Below, piece by piece: positions 37,022 through 48,609 of a stretch of 48,609 bases of DNA. A program made the position numbers and the translations under genes. The notes beneath the pieces were generated by a model. It had not been told where the DNA came from. It saw nothing but the letters and a program-made list of their open reading frames with translations, and made no database searches. The stretch covers positions 4,633,900 to 4,682,508 of the forward strand of contig NC_069002.1 of the NCBI RefSeq assembly GCF_001194135.2, written 5' to 3'. The number at the start of each line of letters is the position of its first letter. The first letter of the stretch is position 1. This DNA comes from Octopus bimaculoides (taxonomy: Eukaryota).

Positions 37022-37452
37022 GAAGTAGAGATGGGTAGATATAGCTTGAGACAGAGATAACAGATAAGAATATTTCAATAGATCCATACAATCAGTGCTC
37101 AGAGTCAACTATTGGTATTTTATTCACCTCGCAATTTAGGCAATTGTTTTCACCTGAGCACTAATTGGATGCATCTATTGTATAAATGTCCTTTGAACAA
37201 TTTTTATCTGTTATCAATCACTACCTCTTTGTCTCCTTTCTCCGACAGGATGAAAGGCAAAGTCGACATCGGCGAAAAGATATGAATATTACAATTTATT
37301 ATTTCGCTAAACTTTTAAAAGTGCTCTCCTAGAGCCAACGAATGTCGTGCTTCAACAGAAGCTTTGCGAGTTAAAAAAAAAACCCAACAAAATTTTATTC
37401 ATTTGTGGCGGGAGTCTAAAGAGAGTGACATACCCAAAGAATTCTACAATTT

Positions 37453-37662
37453 TACGAGGCGGTGCTGGCTTTAAGGATGTCGCGAATGGCCTGGTTGGAT
37501 GCCCTGCCTTCTGAGTTCCTTTACAGGGCTTAGAAAAACTGAAGGACAGCAGCAATGAGTGCGTGAATCAGAGAGGGGAATATGGTGAATAAAATCGTAA
37601 TTAACTGATCCTCCTGTATTTTCTTTTGCGCAAAGTCAGGAACTTTTCGTCACCCTCATGTA
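37453..37662. mobile_element. Mariner-derived MITE
   Basis: Left end ta-cgaggcggtgctggctttaagg (partly deleted); right end reverse-complements to ta-catgagggtgacgaaaagttcctgactttg; TA termini. Confidence 0.65.
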
Positions 37663-37899
37663 TTTCAAATCCTACTTTGTGGGAACGACGGAGTTGTGGA
37701 ATAGCTGTCCTTCGAAATTCCATACCACATGGAAAAGGGGGAAGAAAATAGCTTTTTATTCCTTCAGTTTCTTTCTTTCTCTCTGTTTTTTTTTGTCTTT
37801 TTAATATTCCTGTGATTTCTTGCAATGGAAATTAAGATTCCGATTTCCATTTTTTTAAAAGTATATTTTTGTATTTTTGCCCTTGATTTTTCTCGTGAG

Positions 37900-38170
37900 G
37901 TCTTTCAGGACCAACTATCCGAAAACCTTGAACTGATTATACAACACACAAGATCCTTTGGTTCTGAGACACCTTAATCATAGAGGGTTGAAGTCGCAAA
38001 CAATAGCACAGAACGTGGCACCAGTGGAGTATACTGAACTCACGTCCTGGATGCGACCCGGCCACCTTGAATGTGTAGAGTTCAGGGCCAAAGCACTTGT
38101 ATGAGGCAGGAGGGGATGATTTTTCTCTGAAGAAGCAGACCTGCTGTTCGGCTCCCTCTGGAGTTTCTTA
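37900..38170 (+). pseudogene. Decayed Tc1-family transposase fragment
   Basis: HLNHRGLKSQ..GHLECVEF..FFSEEADLLFGS resembles the Tc1 RL...GL..H..W...VLFSDES.F.LFGS region; stops present. Confidence 0.55.
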
Positions 38171-38599
38171 CTATTACACATGTATGTATAGACATGCATC
38201 TAGGGGAAAATATGCATAAAATTACCACAGTTCTCGAAAATAGTTGCTTCTAACAGACAGAAAGGCCTGGAAATAATCTGTATATGAAGTTGGTGTGGGG
38301 GAGAAGGAGTGTTTGGCTAGTTCTTTACCGACCCTTGAAAGGATTAAGCAAAGTTGACTTAAGAAGAATTTGAATTCAGAACGTGAGGGACCTTGAGAAA
38401 TATCGTAAAGCAGTTTGTTCGACGCTCTAACAATAAGCCAATACGGCTCATTGTTCGATGCTCTAACAATAAGCCAATACGGCTCATACAGGGGTGATTG
38501 GGATTAAAGAAGAGTAACGTAGATAAAAAAAATTTTTTTTTAACCAAGTACCGACTCGAGTCTTAAGACTCGTAGGGCCATTTACTCAGTTTCCATGAC

Positions 38600-38810
38600 T
38601 CGGGTTTCTATAACGCAGAAAATGAGCGAGATCACAACATTCTCCCTGGATAGGACGCCAGTTCATCGCCCGTTTAGTCATTTGCAGCTGAGTGGATTGG
38701 GACAACGTGAAATGAAGTGTTTTGCTCAAGAACACAACACAACACATCGTAAATGACCAGTCCGAGAATCGAGGGGACGAATTTACGATCGTTAATGCAA
38801 CTGCTTAGGC
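38600..38810 (-). mobile_element. D-related SINE, degraded
   Basis: cagctgagtggattgggacaacgtgaaatgaagtgttttgctcaagaacacaac..ccgagaatcgag. Confidence 0.7.
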
Positions 38811-39182
38811 ACTCATCCGTGCGTCTTCACGGATTAAGGATAAAGAAATTGGAAAATCTGGCTGGGTGTAAGGAAAATTTCATTAAGATGTTTCACCGTT
38901 TTGATTTTGATTTTTTTTTTTTCATTTCAAATAATGTCTGGAAGTCGAAGTTTTTTGTTTGTTTGTTTTGTTTTTAAGTCAGTAGAACAGAGGTCATTTT
39001 AAACAGTCAACTGACCTGACAGAAATGGTTTGTGTTTGCATGGCATCGGATTAGAAGAGCTGTATGTTGTAGATTAATTATTAGTGTCTGCTGTGAGTAA
39101 AGATGTAAAAGACTGACTTTGGTATAGTGAGTACTACAGAGTCTCTCACACATGTATGTGTGTGTATGTTTACTCATATACA

Positions 39183-39212
39183 TACAGGGTTGACCAAAAG
39201 TCACCTGACAGT
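39183..39212 (+). mobile_element. Lone Tc1-like terminal inverted repeat
   Basis: ta-cagggttgaccaaaagtcacc; partner not found. Confidence 0.4.
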
Positions 39213-39399
39213 AAATCAAAACCCATATAATTCCAAGATTAAAACAAAAAAATATTTTATATGAGACTTCTCATAGACAAATGTTGGGGGGAAAAACGGT
39301 GATTTTTAACTCGCAGCATTCATAATTGCAATGAATAAATAAAATTGAATATTAAGTATTTATGATATTGTGATGAACCATAACCTTGGAACCTACCAA

Positions 39400-39570
39400 A
39401 AGATTACCTGGAGTTCTTCACTAATCCAAGTCATCAACAAGATGGAAGTATATGCCACTGGGTTTATTTCAGAAATAACTTTGTCTGTAGAATTTATAAA
39501 AACTATGAGAGACAGAAAATGGAATTCACGAGACTCTTTATTATTCACTACGATCGTTTCGACATATAGA
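39400..39570 (-). mobile_element. Second copy of the 4.4-kb Penelope-like fragment, with hammerhead 3' half only
   Basis: Reverse complement contains GTC-GAAAC-GATC-GTA; homology to 4465-4610. Confidence 0.6.
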
Positions 39571-39639
39571 GCACCGATGCAAAAAAAAAAAAAATCATAT
39601 ATATACATTTGTATATATGTATATGTGTTTGTGCTCCCA

Positions 39640-39815
39640 ACGCCTGGCCGGTGTTGGTGTGTTTACGACTCCGTAATCTACCGGTTCGGCAAAAAGCCGA
39701 TAGAATGAGTGCGAGATTTCAAATAACTACTGGTGCAAATCTGTTTCACTAAACGCTTGAAGGCGGTGCAGCAGCATGGCCACACCCCATCGAATGAATC
39801 AAGTAAAAGAATGAA
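39640..39815 (+). mobile_element. Module C, degraded
   Basis: ggtgttggtgtgtttacgactccgtaatctaccggttcggcaaaaag..ggcggtgcagcagcatggcc..aagtaaaaga. Confidence 0.78.
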
Positions 39816-39959
39816 ATATATTTTGCATGCAGCTGTTCCGTGGTTCATCCGAACCCAGAGAAAAACTGCTTAGGCTATTATAGAGGCGCACCTCTGATTT
39901 CGGAAAAGGGTGAGTAATAATTGGAAGTTGTGATGTTTATGCCGTAACGAGAAGCAGTA

Positions 39960-40580
39960 GTAGTGCTAGTAGAGTGAAGCGCAAACAGGCATTCCGCCGG
40001 TTACAACGATGAGGGTTCCAGTTGATCCGATCAACGGAACAGCCTGCTCATGAGATTAACGTGCAAGTGGCAGAGCACTCCACGGACACATTGTGCTCTT
40101 AATGTAAGTTCTCGGTGAGATTCAGGATGTGACAAGGCCGGCCTTTTGAAATAGGGATACTATACGCTTTTGCCAGCTCAGGGGACTAGAGCAACGTGAA
40201 ATCAAGTCTGTTTCTCAAGGGCACAATGCATGGCCGGGAATTGAACTCAAGACCTTACGATTATGAGCCGATTAGCATAACCAGTAAGCCATGCGTGGAA
40301 TAAGGAAACAGCGGAGGTGCCTTACAAAGTCATCGGTTTATTCGCGAATATTTTTAGACAAGGCCGGCCTTTTGAAATAGGGGTACTTCACGTTTTTGCT
40401 AGCTCAGTGGACAAGAGCAACGTCGTCTGTTGCTTAAGGGCATAATGCATGGCCGGGAATTGAACTCGGAACCTTACGATTGAGAGCTGATTAGCATAAC
40501 CACTAAGCCACGCGTGGAATAAGAAGGAAAAAGCGGAGGTTCCTTGCAAAGTCATCGGTTTATTTTGCTAACATTTTTAA
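39960..40580 (-). mobile_element. D-related SINE whose head plus flank is tandemly duplicated (~226-bp unit)
   Basis: gacaaggccggccttttgaaatagg at 40131 and 40357; both units contain gggaattgaactc..gattagcataacca..aagcca.gcgtgg. Confidence 0.85.
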
Positions 40581-41699
40581 CGAGATTGTTTTATAGAGTG
40601 AGAAGGATAGTTGGAAGTGAAGTGAAAACGTGTGTGCGTATGTCTATTAGCACTCACACACACAAACTTTACACCGCCACTGCTACCGTCTCCACCACAG
40701 CTCGACTATAGTTTTTAAAAGCTGTGAAATATCAGGTTTATTTACTTCCTGGCTTCACTAGCGGGAAATGTTCTAACACTAATTAGTACCCTATGGGACA
40801 ACACACGCACACACATACACGCGTGTGTGTGTGTAGTCTGCATATTGGATGAATAGTGTAGGCACTGATTTACTCCATTATCAAACTAGTGGCAATGGTA
40901 TATAGTATATGTGTGTGTGTGTATACATACATAACTTACACACACACACACATGCAAATACAGTCAAATAGTCAGATAGGTAGATAGATGTACCACTACT
41001 TTGATAATGCGTAGTTTATACATATATATATGCATATATATACACACATATATATATAGACATATACATGTATATATATATATATACACACATTTACACA
41101 TATATATACATATACATATGTACTTATAGAGTGCATACATGTGTATTATATATATATACACTCGTAACACACACACGCGCGCGTATATAATGCAGAATAC
41201 AATTACATATAAAAACTTTGTTATTAGTATCTGATATTAATTACCTATACAATCTTATAACAAAAACATCACGTTGTTTTTTTTTTCTGATTATATATGT
41301 ATAATCGCGTGCGTGTGAGTCTGTGTGTATATGTGTGCGTGTATATGTAGGCATAGACGTACACACGCAATATTTTTCCTCATACATAAATGCATAAAAG
41401 AGATTGGATAAAGAAAAATTCTTCAAACCCATTTCTATGATAGCGTTTTACATCGGCGCTCTTTTAATCATATCGCAGTGGACTGTATTAGTGGGCGGGA
41501 AGATAGTTGTGACGTTCTCTCTTTTCATTGATTACTTCTGAGAAAGTAGGCCGGTCTTTTAAAGTGGGGGTGGTGTTGTTTATAACGGCTGATTCTACCG
41601 TTTTATTCCAATCCATTCCCTCTCCGTTGCTCTCTCTCTCTCTGTTTAAAGCCAAAGAAAATACTCGCGCACATAAAATGTGTGTGCTTCCATGTCCCC

Positions 41700-41945
41700 G
41701 ACCTAACCGAAGTTTTGTGCGTAGATTTAGTAGACGGAAACTGAAAGAAGCCCGTCGAATACACACATTCATTCACACATACATACATACATACATACAT
41801 ACATACGCACACATACGTGTGTGCGTGTATGTTTATGTATGTGTTTCCCCCACTCGCTTGTCAATCGATGTTGGTTTGCTTGCGTTCCCGAAATTTAGCG
41901 GTTCGGCAATAAAATCCGACAGAACAAGTACCAGGCACTAAAAAA
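41700..41945 (+). mobile_element. B 3' part + microsatellite + module C, degraded
   Basis: gtagacggaaactgaaagaagcccgtcg then cccccactcgcttgtcaatcgatgttgg..gcggttcggcaa. Confidence 0.8.
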
Positions 41946-42121
41946 TAAATCCAGCTCCAGCCTCAGCTGTGAACTTGGAAACTAACGGATGACCAATTTT
42001 ATCCCTTACACCGCGTACCTATTGGTTTAGATCGCCAGTAAACTAAACCGCTGATATTCTTTATACAATGATCGCTAAATCCACAAGATTTTTTATTCTC
42101 TCTTTTTATTTCCTCGTGTTC

Positions 42122-42157
42122 CTTTCTGTTGAAGAGCGTAGGCTCGAAATGTAAAAG
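42122..42157 (+). ncRNA. Ultra-minimal hammerhead-like motif (A6 to U, C15.2 to U)
   Basis: CTTT-CTGTTGA-A-GAGC-GTAG-GCTC-GAAAT-GTA-AAAG: stem I CTTT/AAAG and stem II GAGC/GCTC are perfect. Confidence 0.6.
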
Positions 42158-42579
42158 ACTTTCTCACTTTCCCGAGCGTCAAACTAATACTTATACATCT
42201 GCTTGTTGTTTATACACCTGTCTTGGTCTTTTGTTTTTCTGTAGATTTCAACTATNNNNNNNNNNGATATAGACATTGATGGTCAGTAAATCATAATTTT
42301 TTTTTTTTTTGATTGGATGAAATTGTGAAGGAAAAGGTAATTTTTTTTCCGAATCCTAATTTCCCTGGTATGAAACACTAAAATACTTTAAAAAAAAGAC
42401 AAACACATAATAAAATAAAATAAATTTTTAAAATTGAAGGAAAAAACGATTTTATTTCCCCATGAGGTGTGGGATTTCAAAAGCTATTCTAAAACTTCGC
42501 CATAAATTGCACCCTCACAATCTTGGCAGACTTTTTAAAGACCATTCTAAAAATCTCTCAATTCCAGTGCATTGCAACG

Positions 42580-42674
42580 TATAGCAGAAACAGCTCCAAG
42601 CTAATGAAGTTCATTTCATAATCTTTTGTTCCTTTGTCATTCAATAAATTTCTTATTACTGCTGTGTACTCGAC
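42580..42674 (+). mobile_element. Third, 5'-truncated copy of the 10.3-kb Penelope-like repeat
   Basis: tagcagaaacagctccaagctaatgaa..ttcctttgtcat..ttcttattac..tactcgac aligns with 10402-10494. Confidence 0.75.
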
Positions 42675-42915
42675 TGAGGGTTAGCTCAGCAGCAAATGTG
42701 TATTGAGTTCGAACACTAGGTCATTAGTATCACTGTACCTAAGCGAAACATACATACATAGGTACATACATACATGCATGCATAGATACGTGCATACATA
42801 CATACGTACGTACATGCATGCATACATATGTATTTGGCATTCCAGAAGCTTGAAAGAGTCGGGCTCCTGTTAGGGGCCTGTGAAACTTGAAGTAGCACGG
42901 AGCCGAATCAATTCT

Positions 42916-42985
<70 letters not shown>

Positions 42986-43344
42986 TTTTATCTCTGCCAA
43001 GCAACCACTCCTCATTCATATATCCTTTGCTATCGCAGTCTGAGATCGGCTGTGATGGTGTGAGATAGAGTGTGTTGGCAGTGGGTGGATGGATAGATGG
43101 GTGGATGAACGACTGGGTTGGTACAGAATCTCTTATCTCTCTTTTACATTCCCATGTATCACGACTGTAGTAAAATCGAGGCCCTCCAACATGTCGTTAT
43201 GTCACAGACCACACACATGCACACACACTTAAAGCATACACCCAACCAGGTAACTTGTACGACCCGCAAGAAGAAACAGCACCCTCCAAATCACCCTCTA
43301 CCATCGTCACGATCACTACCACTACCACCATCATCATCATAATC

Positions 43345-43445
43345 ATCACTTAACGTCTATTTTTCCATGCTTGCATGGGTTAGACAGAATCTGTTGAGGC
43401 AGATTTTCTACGGCTGGATGCCCTTCTTCTCGCCAACTCTTACCG
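43345..43445 (+). mobile_element. Short RTE-associated retroposon fragment
   Basis: ttaacgtctatttttccatgcttgcatgggttagac..ttctacggctggatgcccttc resembles RTE-type 3' ends as I recall them; single copy here. Confidence 0.5.
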
Positions 43446-43763
43446 GTTAGCAAGTAAATATTTTCCCTTGTGCAGACATGTTTGTTTTTCATGGCTGACA
43501 TTTTCGCTTTTATGACGGTGGTACTTGCTTACAACCATCATGTGATATCAAAACAAAAGTACAGACACACACACACACACATTCACACAACACACACATG
43601 CATAAATACATAGGTACTCACACATTACATACACACATATATACATACGCACATATTAAAGAAAAGGGAAAACGAAACCAAGGCAGGACGAGTATCTCAG
43701 GTCATTTAGAATATTTAATTAGAGTAAAGGTGAATCAAAAATTGAGAAGTAGAAGTAATTAAT

Positions 43764-43839
43764 GTCTTACAGCTGTTTCTGGGGTATCCCAGGTGATGGC
43801 TCAACAACTCCATACACCGAGTAAACCGTCATCGGAGAC
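43764..43839 (-). ncRNA. Hammerhead-like motif (U4 to C), degenerate stem II
   Basis: Minus strand GTCT-CCGATGA-..-GAAAC-AGCT-GTA-AGAC: stem I GTCT/AGAC perfect, palindromic stem III. Confidence 0.6.
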
Positions 43840-44067
43840 CAGGTGTATAAACAGGAAAGTTCCAGACAGAGAATTCACAGTGTATAAAAGAATAAAACTC
43901 GACATAGAAGAATAAAGACAGACGATTAAAGCTCACATATCATCTTGGTCGAGAGGGTATGGAGGTTAGTCTGTATTTCTGTGAAGGTATAGCACCTTAA
44001 GTATAATCCCAGGTAAATCTAGACAGTATTTGGAATGATGCATTCAGATTGGAAAAATAGATCACGT

Positions 44068-44118
<51 letters not shown>

Positions 44119-44432
44119 GGTGCATGGATAAACGAAATCTAAGCCTTAAAAGACTGTCAAGTTGATAAACAAATCCCACCCAACTTGTTTTAAGATCTTA
44201 CACACAAACACAATCTCGACCACTCATGAACACACACACTGACATTCGCACACGCACATACCTAAATACATACGCCAACATTCATACTCGAATATATATA
44301 TAAATATATATATATAAGTTGTAGTATATTGTCAACTTAATGTGACAATCCCAACAAGGGAATACACTACTGCTGTTTAGCCCTAGGAAGCTGGACCGCT
44401 TCCTGTCGGCTTTGACACAATTACTGTGTCCT

Positions 44433-44513
44433 TAAGTTTGTGAAGGGGAGACAAGCTCCCCCACCCAGCCTAGCCAGCTGGATAGAGAGGCCAGTTTCTC
44501 CCTCACAAACTTA
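44433..44513. repeat. 81-bp hairpin / mini-MITE
   Basis: taagtttgtgaaggggagac and gtttctccctcacaaactta are near-complementary. Confidence 0.7.
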
Positions 44514-44877
44514 TGTAAAATCATAGTGAAGTTCATTCACATATATATATATAATTCCAAGAGAGTTAGAGGTTGTGAATCCAACCAACTAAGGGATAAT
44601 ATCTATCCAATATATTGCTGGTAGAATACCCAATTATTAATACACAAGTGTTTTTTCATTGCATGGCAATTACATAACTGAATGTAATAAATGGGTAAGG
44701 GTAAAAAGTTATTTTACCCTTAATTTATACGGCAGTAAGAAAATGGAGGAGATCAAGAGGTGGTATTCATCAACTTCTTCAGTACCATATCCAACCCATC
44801 AACCATCTCGGACTCATTGCTTAAACAGCCACTAAATATAGCGGTGTAACACCATTGGATATTCTTCTATTGGTTTC

Positions 44878-45040
44878 AATCATTTGACTGCGGCCATGCT
44901 GGAGCACCGCCTTTAGTCAAACGCATCCACGCCGGGACTTATTCTTTGTAAGCCAAGTACTTATTCTATTGATCTCTGTTGCCGAAACGCTAAGTTACGG
45001 GGACGTAAACGCACCAACATCGGTTGTCAAGCGATGATGG
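44878..45040 (-). mobile_element. Module C
   Basis: tttgactgcggccatgctggagcaccgcc..gctaagttacggggacgtaaac..gttgtcaagcgatg. Confidence 0.88.
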
Positions 45041-45161
45041 GCGCGCACCACACACACACACACACAGATAGAAAACCAAAAGAACATTCACTTCCAGATT
45101 TATATTATTTTCTGTAAATCATTTCTGATGAGCCTGGGAAATTAACGAGATGCACACACAC

Positions 45162-45678
45162 ACTGCTTCTTTTGACACAGAAAAGCAATTAAAGCTAACA
45201 CACACACAGATGCTCGAACACAGACAAACACACGGAGGTGCAAATGCATCGTTCTGTTTTTCCATTTCTTGCTCAGTATTGAAAAGAAATCACACTGAAA
45301 CCAAAATTCCACCTGTTGGAGGTGCTTATGGGCGTTTGTGTCAATGTGTTCGTATGTGTTTGTTTTAATGTGTGTGTATGAGTGTGATAGAGGTGACAGA
45401 AACAAAGTGTGACACCTGATGCTGTTCTTCTTAATATTGTTGCTGCTGTCGCTGTTTTTTTTTTTCTTGCTGCTTGTTGACATGTCAGAGTGGCGCGGTT
45501 TATTTCGCTATATTTTATAGAGTTTCTCGGATTTTGTTTTTTTTTTCTTGCTACCACTTCCCCCATTGAATTCAGTTTTCTTTTTTACAGTGTTTGTCTG
45601 TGTACGAGTGTGTGTATGTGTGTGTGTGTGTGTGTGTGTGTATTAGCTTTAGTTGCCTTCTGTGTCAAAAAAAGCAGT
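45162..45678. repeat. Fold-back element with ~70-90-bp inverted ends
   Basis: actgcttcttttgacacagaaaagcaattaaagctaac..cacagacaaacac is mirrored at 45590-45678; a further ttttgacacagaaggc occurs near 45703-45718. Confidence 0.8.
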
Positions 45679-46963
45679 TATATATATATGTCTAACTCCC
45701 GTTTTTGACACAGAAGGCGCACATACATACATACACGCACACACACATAATATATATATATAAATATATACACACACATATACATACACACACACACATA
45801 TATACATACACGTACGCACATAGCAAACACAGACATACACACACATAATTATCTATTCTTTTCATGTCGTATGGTCGCAGATCTGTAGAGTGGGGAAAAC
45901 GGTTTGCTCTGTGTGTGTGTGTGTGTGTGTCTGCGTGCGCGCGGCTGTCTTTAACGGTTTCTCTCGCTAATCTCTCTGACTGCCTTCTTGTATGATTGAT
46001 GAGGATACGTGTTCGTCTTGTGTGTGTGTGACTGTGTACGTTTTACATACATATACATATGCATATATATACACACATACACGTGTGTGCGTATGCGCGC
46101 GTGTATATGCGTGCACACACACACATATACTGCATACCCGCATAGCTTGTGTCATTCTCGTCTTGAACATTTTGACAGCGGTGCCTATTACAAACGTAAG
46201 ATGTTTGACCCCCTGTTATATATTACATGTGTGCATTCTTCATACTCCTACACACACACACAAACACTGGAGACGGAGCCAATGGCCCTTGCGGGGCCCC
46301 TCTTGACTCTCGTAAGATTGATGCCGTAATCATTTCGTTTAACCTGTTGCAAGTTCAACACCTGCAGAAAAGACATGGGCTGTGGGCGGGGAAGATTCCA
46401 GATGACCGATGTTTTGGAGAAGCAGGGCTAAAAGGATGGGGGGAGGTAGTGCGGGCAAGGGGGTTGTTGAATGCAACAAGGATGGTGGGAATTGTAGAGA
46501 TGAGAGTTCAGCATTTCTGATATACGAGACCAGCCAGCCCGGAAGAGTTTCAAATTTTGGCACAAGACCTGTAATTTCGGGGGGATGGGGTAAGACGATT
46601 ACATTGACCCCAGTGCTGAACTGGTACTTATTTTATTGACCCTGAAAGAATGAAAGGCAAAGTTGGCCTCGGTGGAATTTGAACTCAGAACGTAAATGGA
46701 CGCCGGGGTAATATGTCCTGTAGGACATGCGTTCGCTACTAGAAATCCGCGGTGATAGTGAAGCTCAACATTTGGAGTGATTGTGTGGGCCTCTACCACC
46801 AATAAATACATGTTTTCGAGGAATTACGAAAATAATTCTTGGAAAAACTCCGCTACGATGTAGTTCTTCTGAATGCTTATCGTATATGATGCATAGATGC
46901 CAGGGAAATGTGTCCTAAGTATTACATATGATACACAGGACGGGTTTGAGTGACCTCAAAGAG

Positions 46964-47206
46964 CTGTGGTTTTCAACCGGGTTCATATGGACTGGTGGTG
47001 GGGGTGGTGCTCCATATAAGATTTTGTTGCTAAAAACTTATGTGCGATAACTTCGTTATACCTCTACACAAAATACTTTTTATACAATTCCTAATATCTA
47101 ATTATAAAAAAGAGGATTTTAAAAAATATCAAATGGCTATGAGGGTCCACCCATGCAAAACAGGAAAAAAAGGGGTCGAAAAGTAAAGAATGATCGGGAA
47201 CCACTG
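46964..47206. mobile_element. hAT (Charlie-like) MITE
   Basis: Ends ctgtggttttcaacc and gggaaccactg; flanks tcaaagag and tcttacag match at 5 of 8 positions. Confidence 0.65.
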
Positions 47207-47244
47207 TCTTACAGGCTCCCACAAGTTTAGTTGTTTATTGTTGT

Positions 47245-47545
47245 TTCTCGGGCTCACAATCATGAGGTAGTGAGTTCAATTCCCTGATTGGGCTGTGTTG
47301 TGTTCGCGAACAAGACATTTCACGTTTCTCCAGTTCACTCTGCTGTAGAAATTAGTCGTGATGTCACTGGTGCCAAGCCGTATCGGCCCCTTTGCCTTTC
47401 CCTTGGACAACATCGGTGGCATGGAAAGGGGAGGCTGGTATGCATGGGCGACTGCTGGTCTTCCATACACAACCTTGTTCGGACTTGTGTCTTGGAGGGG
47501 AACTTTCCAAGTGCAATCCCATGGTCATTCATGATTGAAGGAGGT
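47245..47545 (+). mobile_element. SINE family D
   Basis: gagttcaattcc box B; body ccagttcactctgctgtagaaattag..ggaggctggtatgcatgggcgactgctggtc matches the copy at 22490-22770. Confidence 0.85.
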
Positions 47546-48573
47546 CTTTGCTCTAGACACCCAGTTAGGTCAGGCCTGATTCAATAAACCTATCAACAAA
47601 GGCGCTTTCCATCGGTGGCCATCCTGCCTTTTTGTATAACATCTGTGTGTATATTATCGAATGTGTTATTCCATTTCTTTGAAAGAGATCTAATTTGAAA
47701 GCTATCTTGGCTGCTATTTTTAGCATTGCTGGTTGATATAATTGATGTTATTGACGTTCTTAGCTACTTTGATCTTCATTCATTCAAGTCTTTGATGTGT
47801 TTTCTTTTTCTTAAGATCTTTATTTTATTGATTTTTACTTTTCTGTTTTTTATTCCCTTCTAATTTTCTTTTTCTATTAATTCCTCCTCCGTTTCCTTTG
47901 TTGATGAAAGCGGACTCAATTTTGTATAAACACACACCAACGGAGACGTATGTCAAATGTGTGATGTATGGACGTACGTATGCATGTTCTCTGTGTGTGT
48001 GTATATGTGTGTACGTATGTATGTATGGTGTGTGTGTATGTATGTCGTGTGTGTATGTGCATGTATGGTGTGTGTGCACAATTGCGTGTAGGAACCTGTT
48101 GCCATGAAAGAAGCCTTCCTCCGACAAATTGTACTTCAATCATCAAAACAGATACCAATGAATATATATGTGTGTGTGTGTGTGTATGTATATTACGCAC
48201 ACACACACAGACTTACGTGTGTGTTTAGAGAGATAAACAAACAGACAGACAGACGTGTGTGTTTCTGTGAAGTTCTTAGTTTTGCATGAACTCCGACATA
48301 CAGTTTTTGTTTTGTTCCCCCACCTCCACCCGCCAAACATTTATTTGGCCCTTGCCACTGTCTGTGCACCCAACACTTCCTCTGTTTGCCCATCTATCTA
48401 TCTGTCTATTTGTCTCTATCTATCTATCTATATATATATATATATATATATGTCTATTTATCTTCCAATCCATCTACCCATTTGTCTACCTATTTACCAA
48501 TCTGTCTATTTATCCATCCACCTATCCACCCGCTTGTCATCCGACACTGTTTGAGCTCTTTCCTACACACACA

Positions 48574-48609
<36 letters not shown>

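Noticed and set aside
13978-39016. Shared 14-mer acagtcaactgacc at 13978 and 39003
   Set aside because: A few chance 14-mer matches are expected in 48 kb; flanks do not align.
46179-46361. Possible 17-nt plus microexon (46179-46195) and strong minus acceptor at 46361
   Set aside because: Isolated splice-like sites with no partner exons or recognisable peptide.
82-48554. Most ORFs in the supplied track (poly-IY, HT, CV, T, V, E, K, X)
   Set aside because: Translations of microsatellites, cryptic triplet tracts and N-gaps; no domain content.

Overview
Repeat-dominated, low-GC animal genomic DNA from a gapped short-read assembly: 14 N-gaps, most of the long ones bounded by microsatellites. The SINE families and microsatellite load match my recollection of Octopus (coleoid cephalopod) genomes; this taxon call is an inference. 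Nearly all ORFs in the supplied track are artefacts of microsatellites or N-runs. What the sequence supports: (i) many copies of four short retroposon modules, labelled A-D here, some with perfect target-site duplications and one nested insertion; (ii) decayed mariner and Tc1 transposase remnants plus hAT and mariner MITEs; (iii) a few short candidate exons on both strands (minus: 20.3, 17.6, 11.8 kb; plus: 21.7, 23.3, 35.2 kb with an apparent 3' UTR) that I cannot assign to a named gene; (iv) large fold-back inverted repeats; (v) the most notable signal, five minimal hammerhead-ribozyme-like motifs of about four sequence families plus two 3'-half remnants, of the kind known from Penelope-like elements, including a back-to-back inverted pair. 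Each full motif has at least one core or stem mismatch, so catalytic activity of these particular copies is doubtful.
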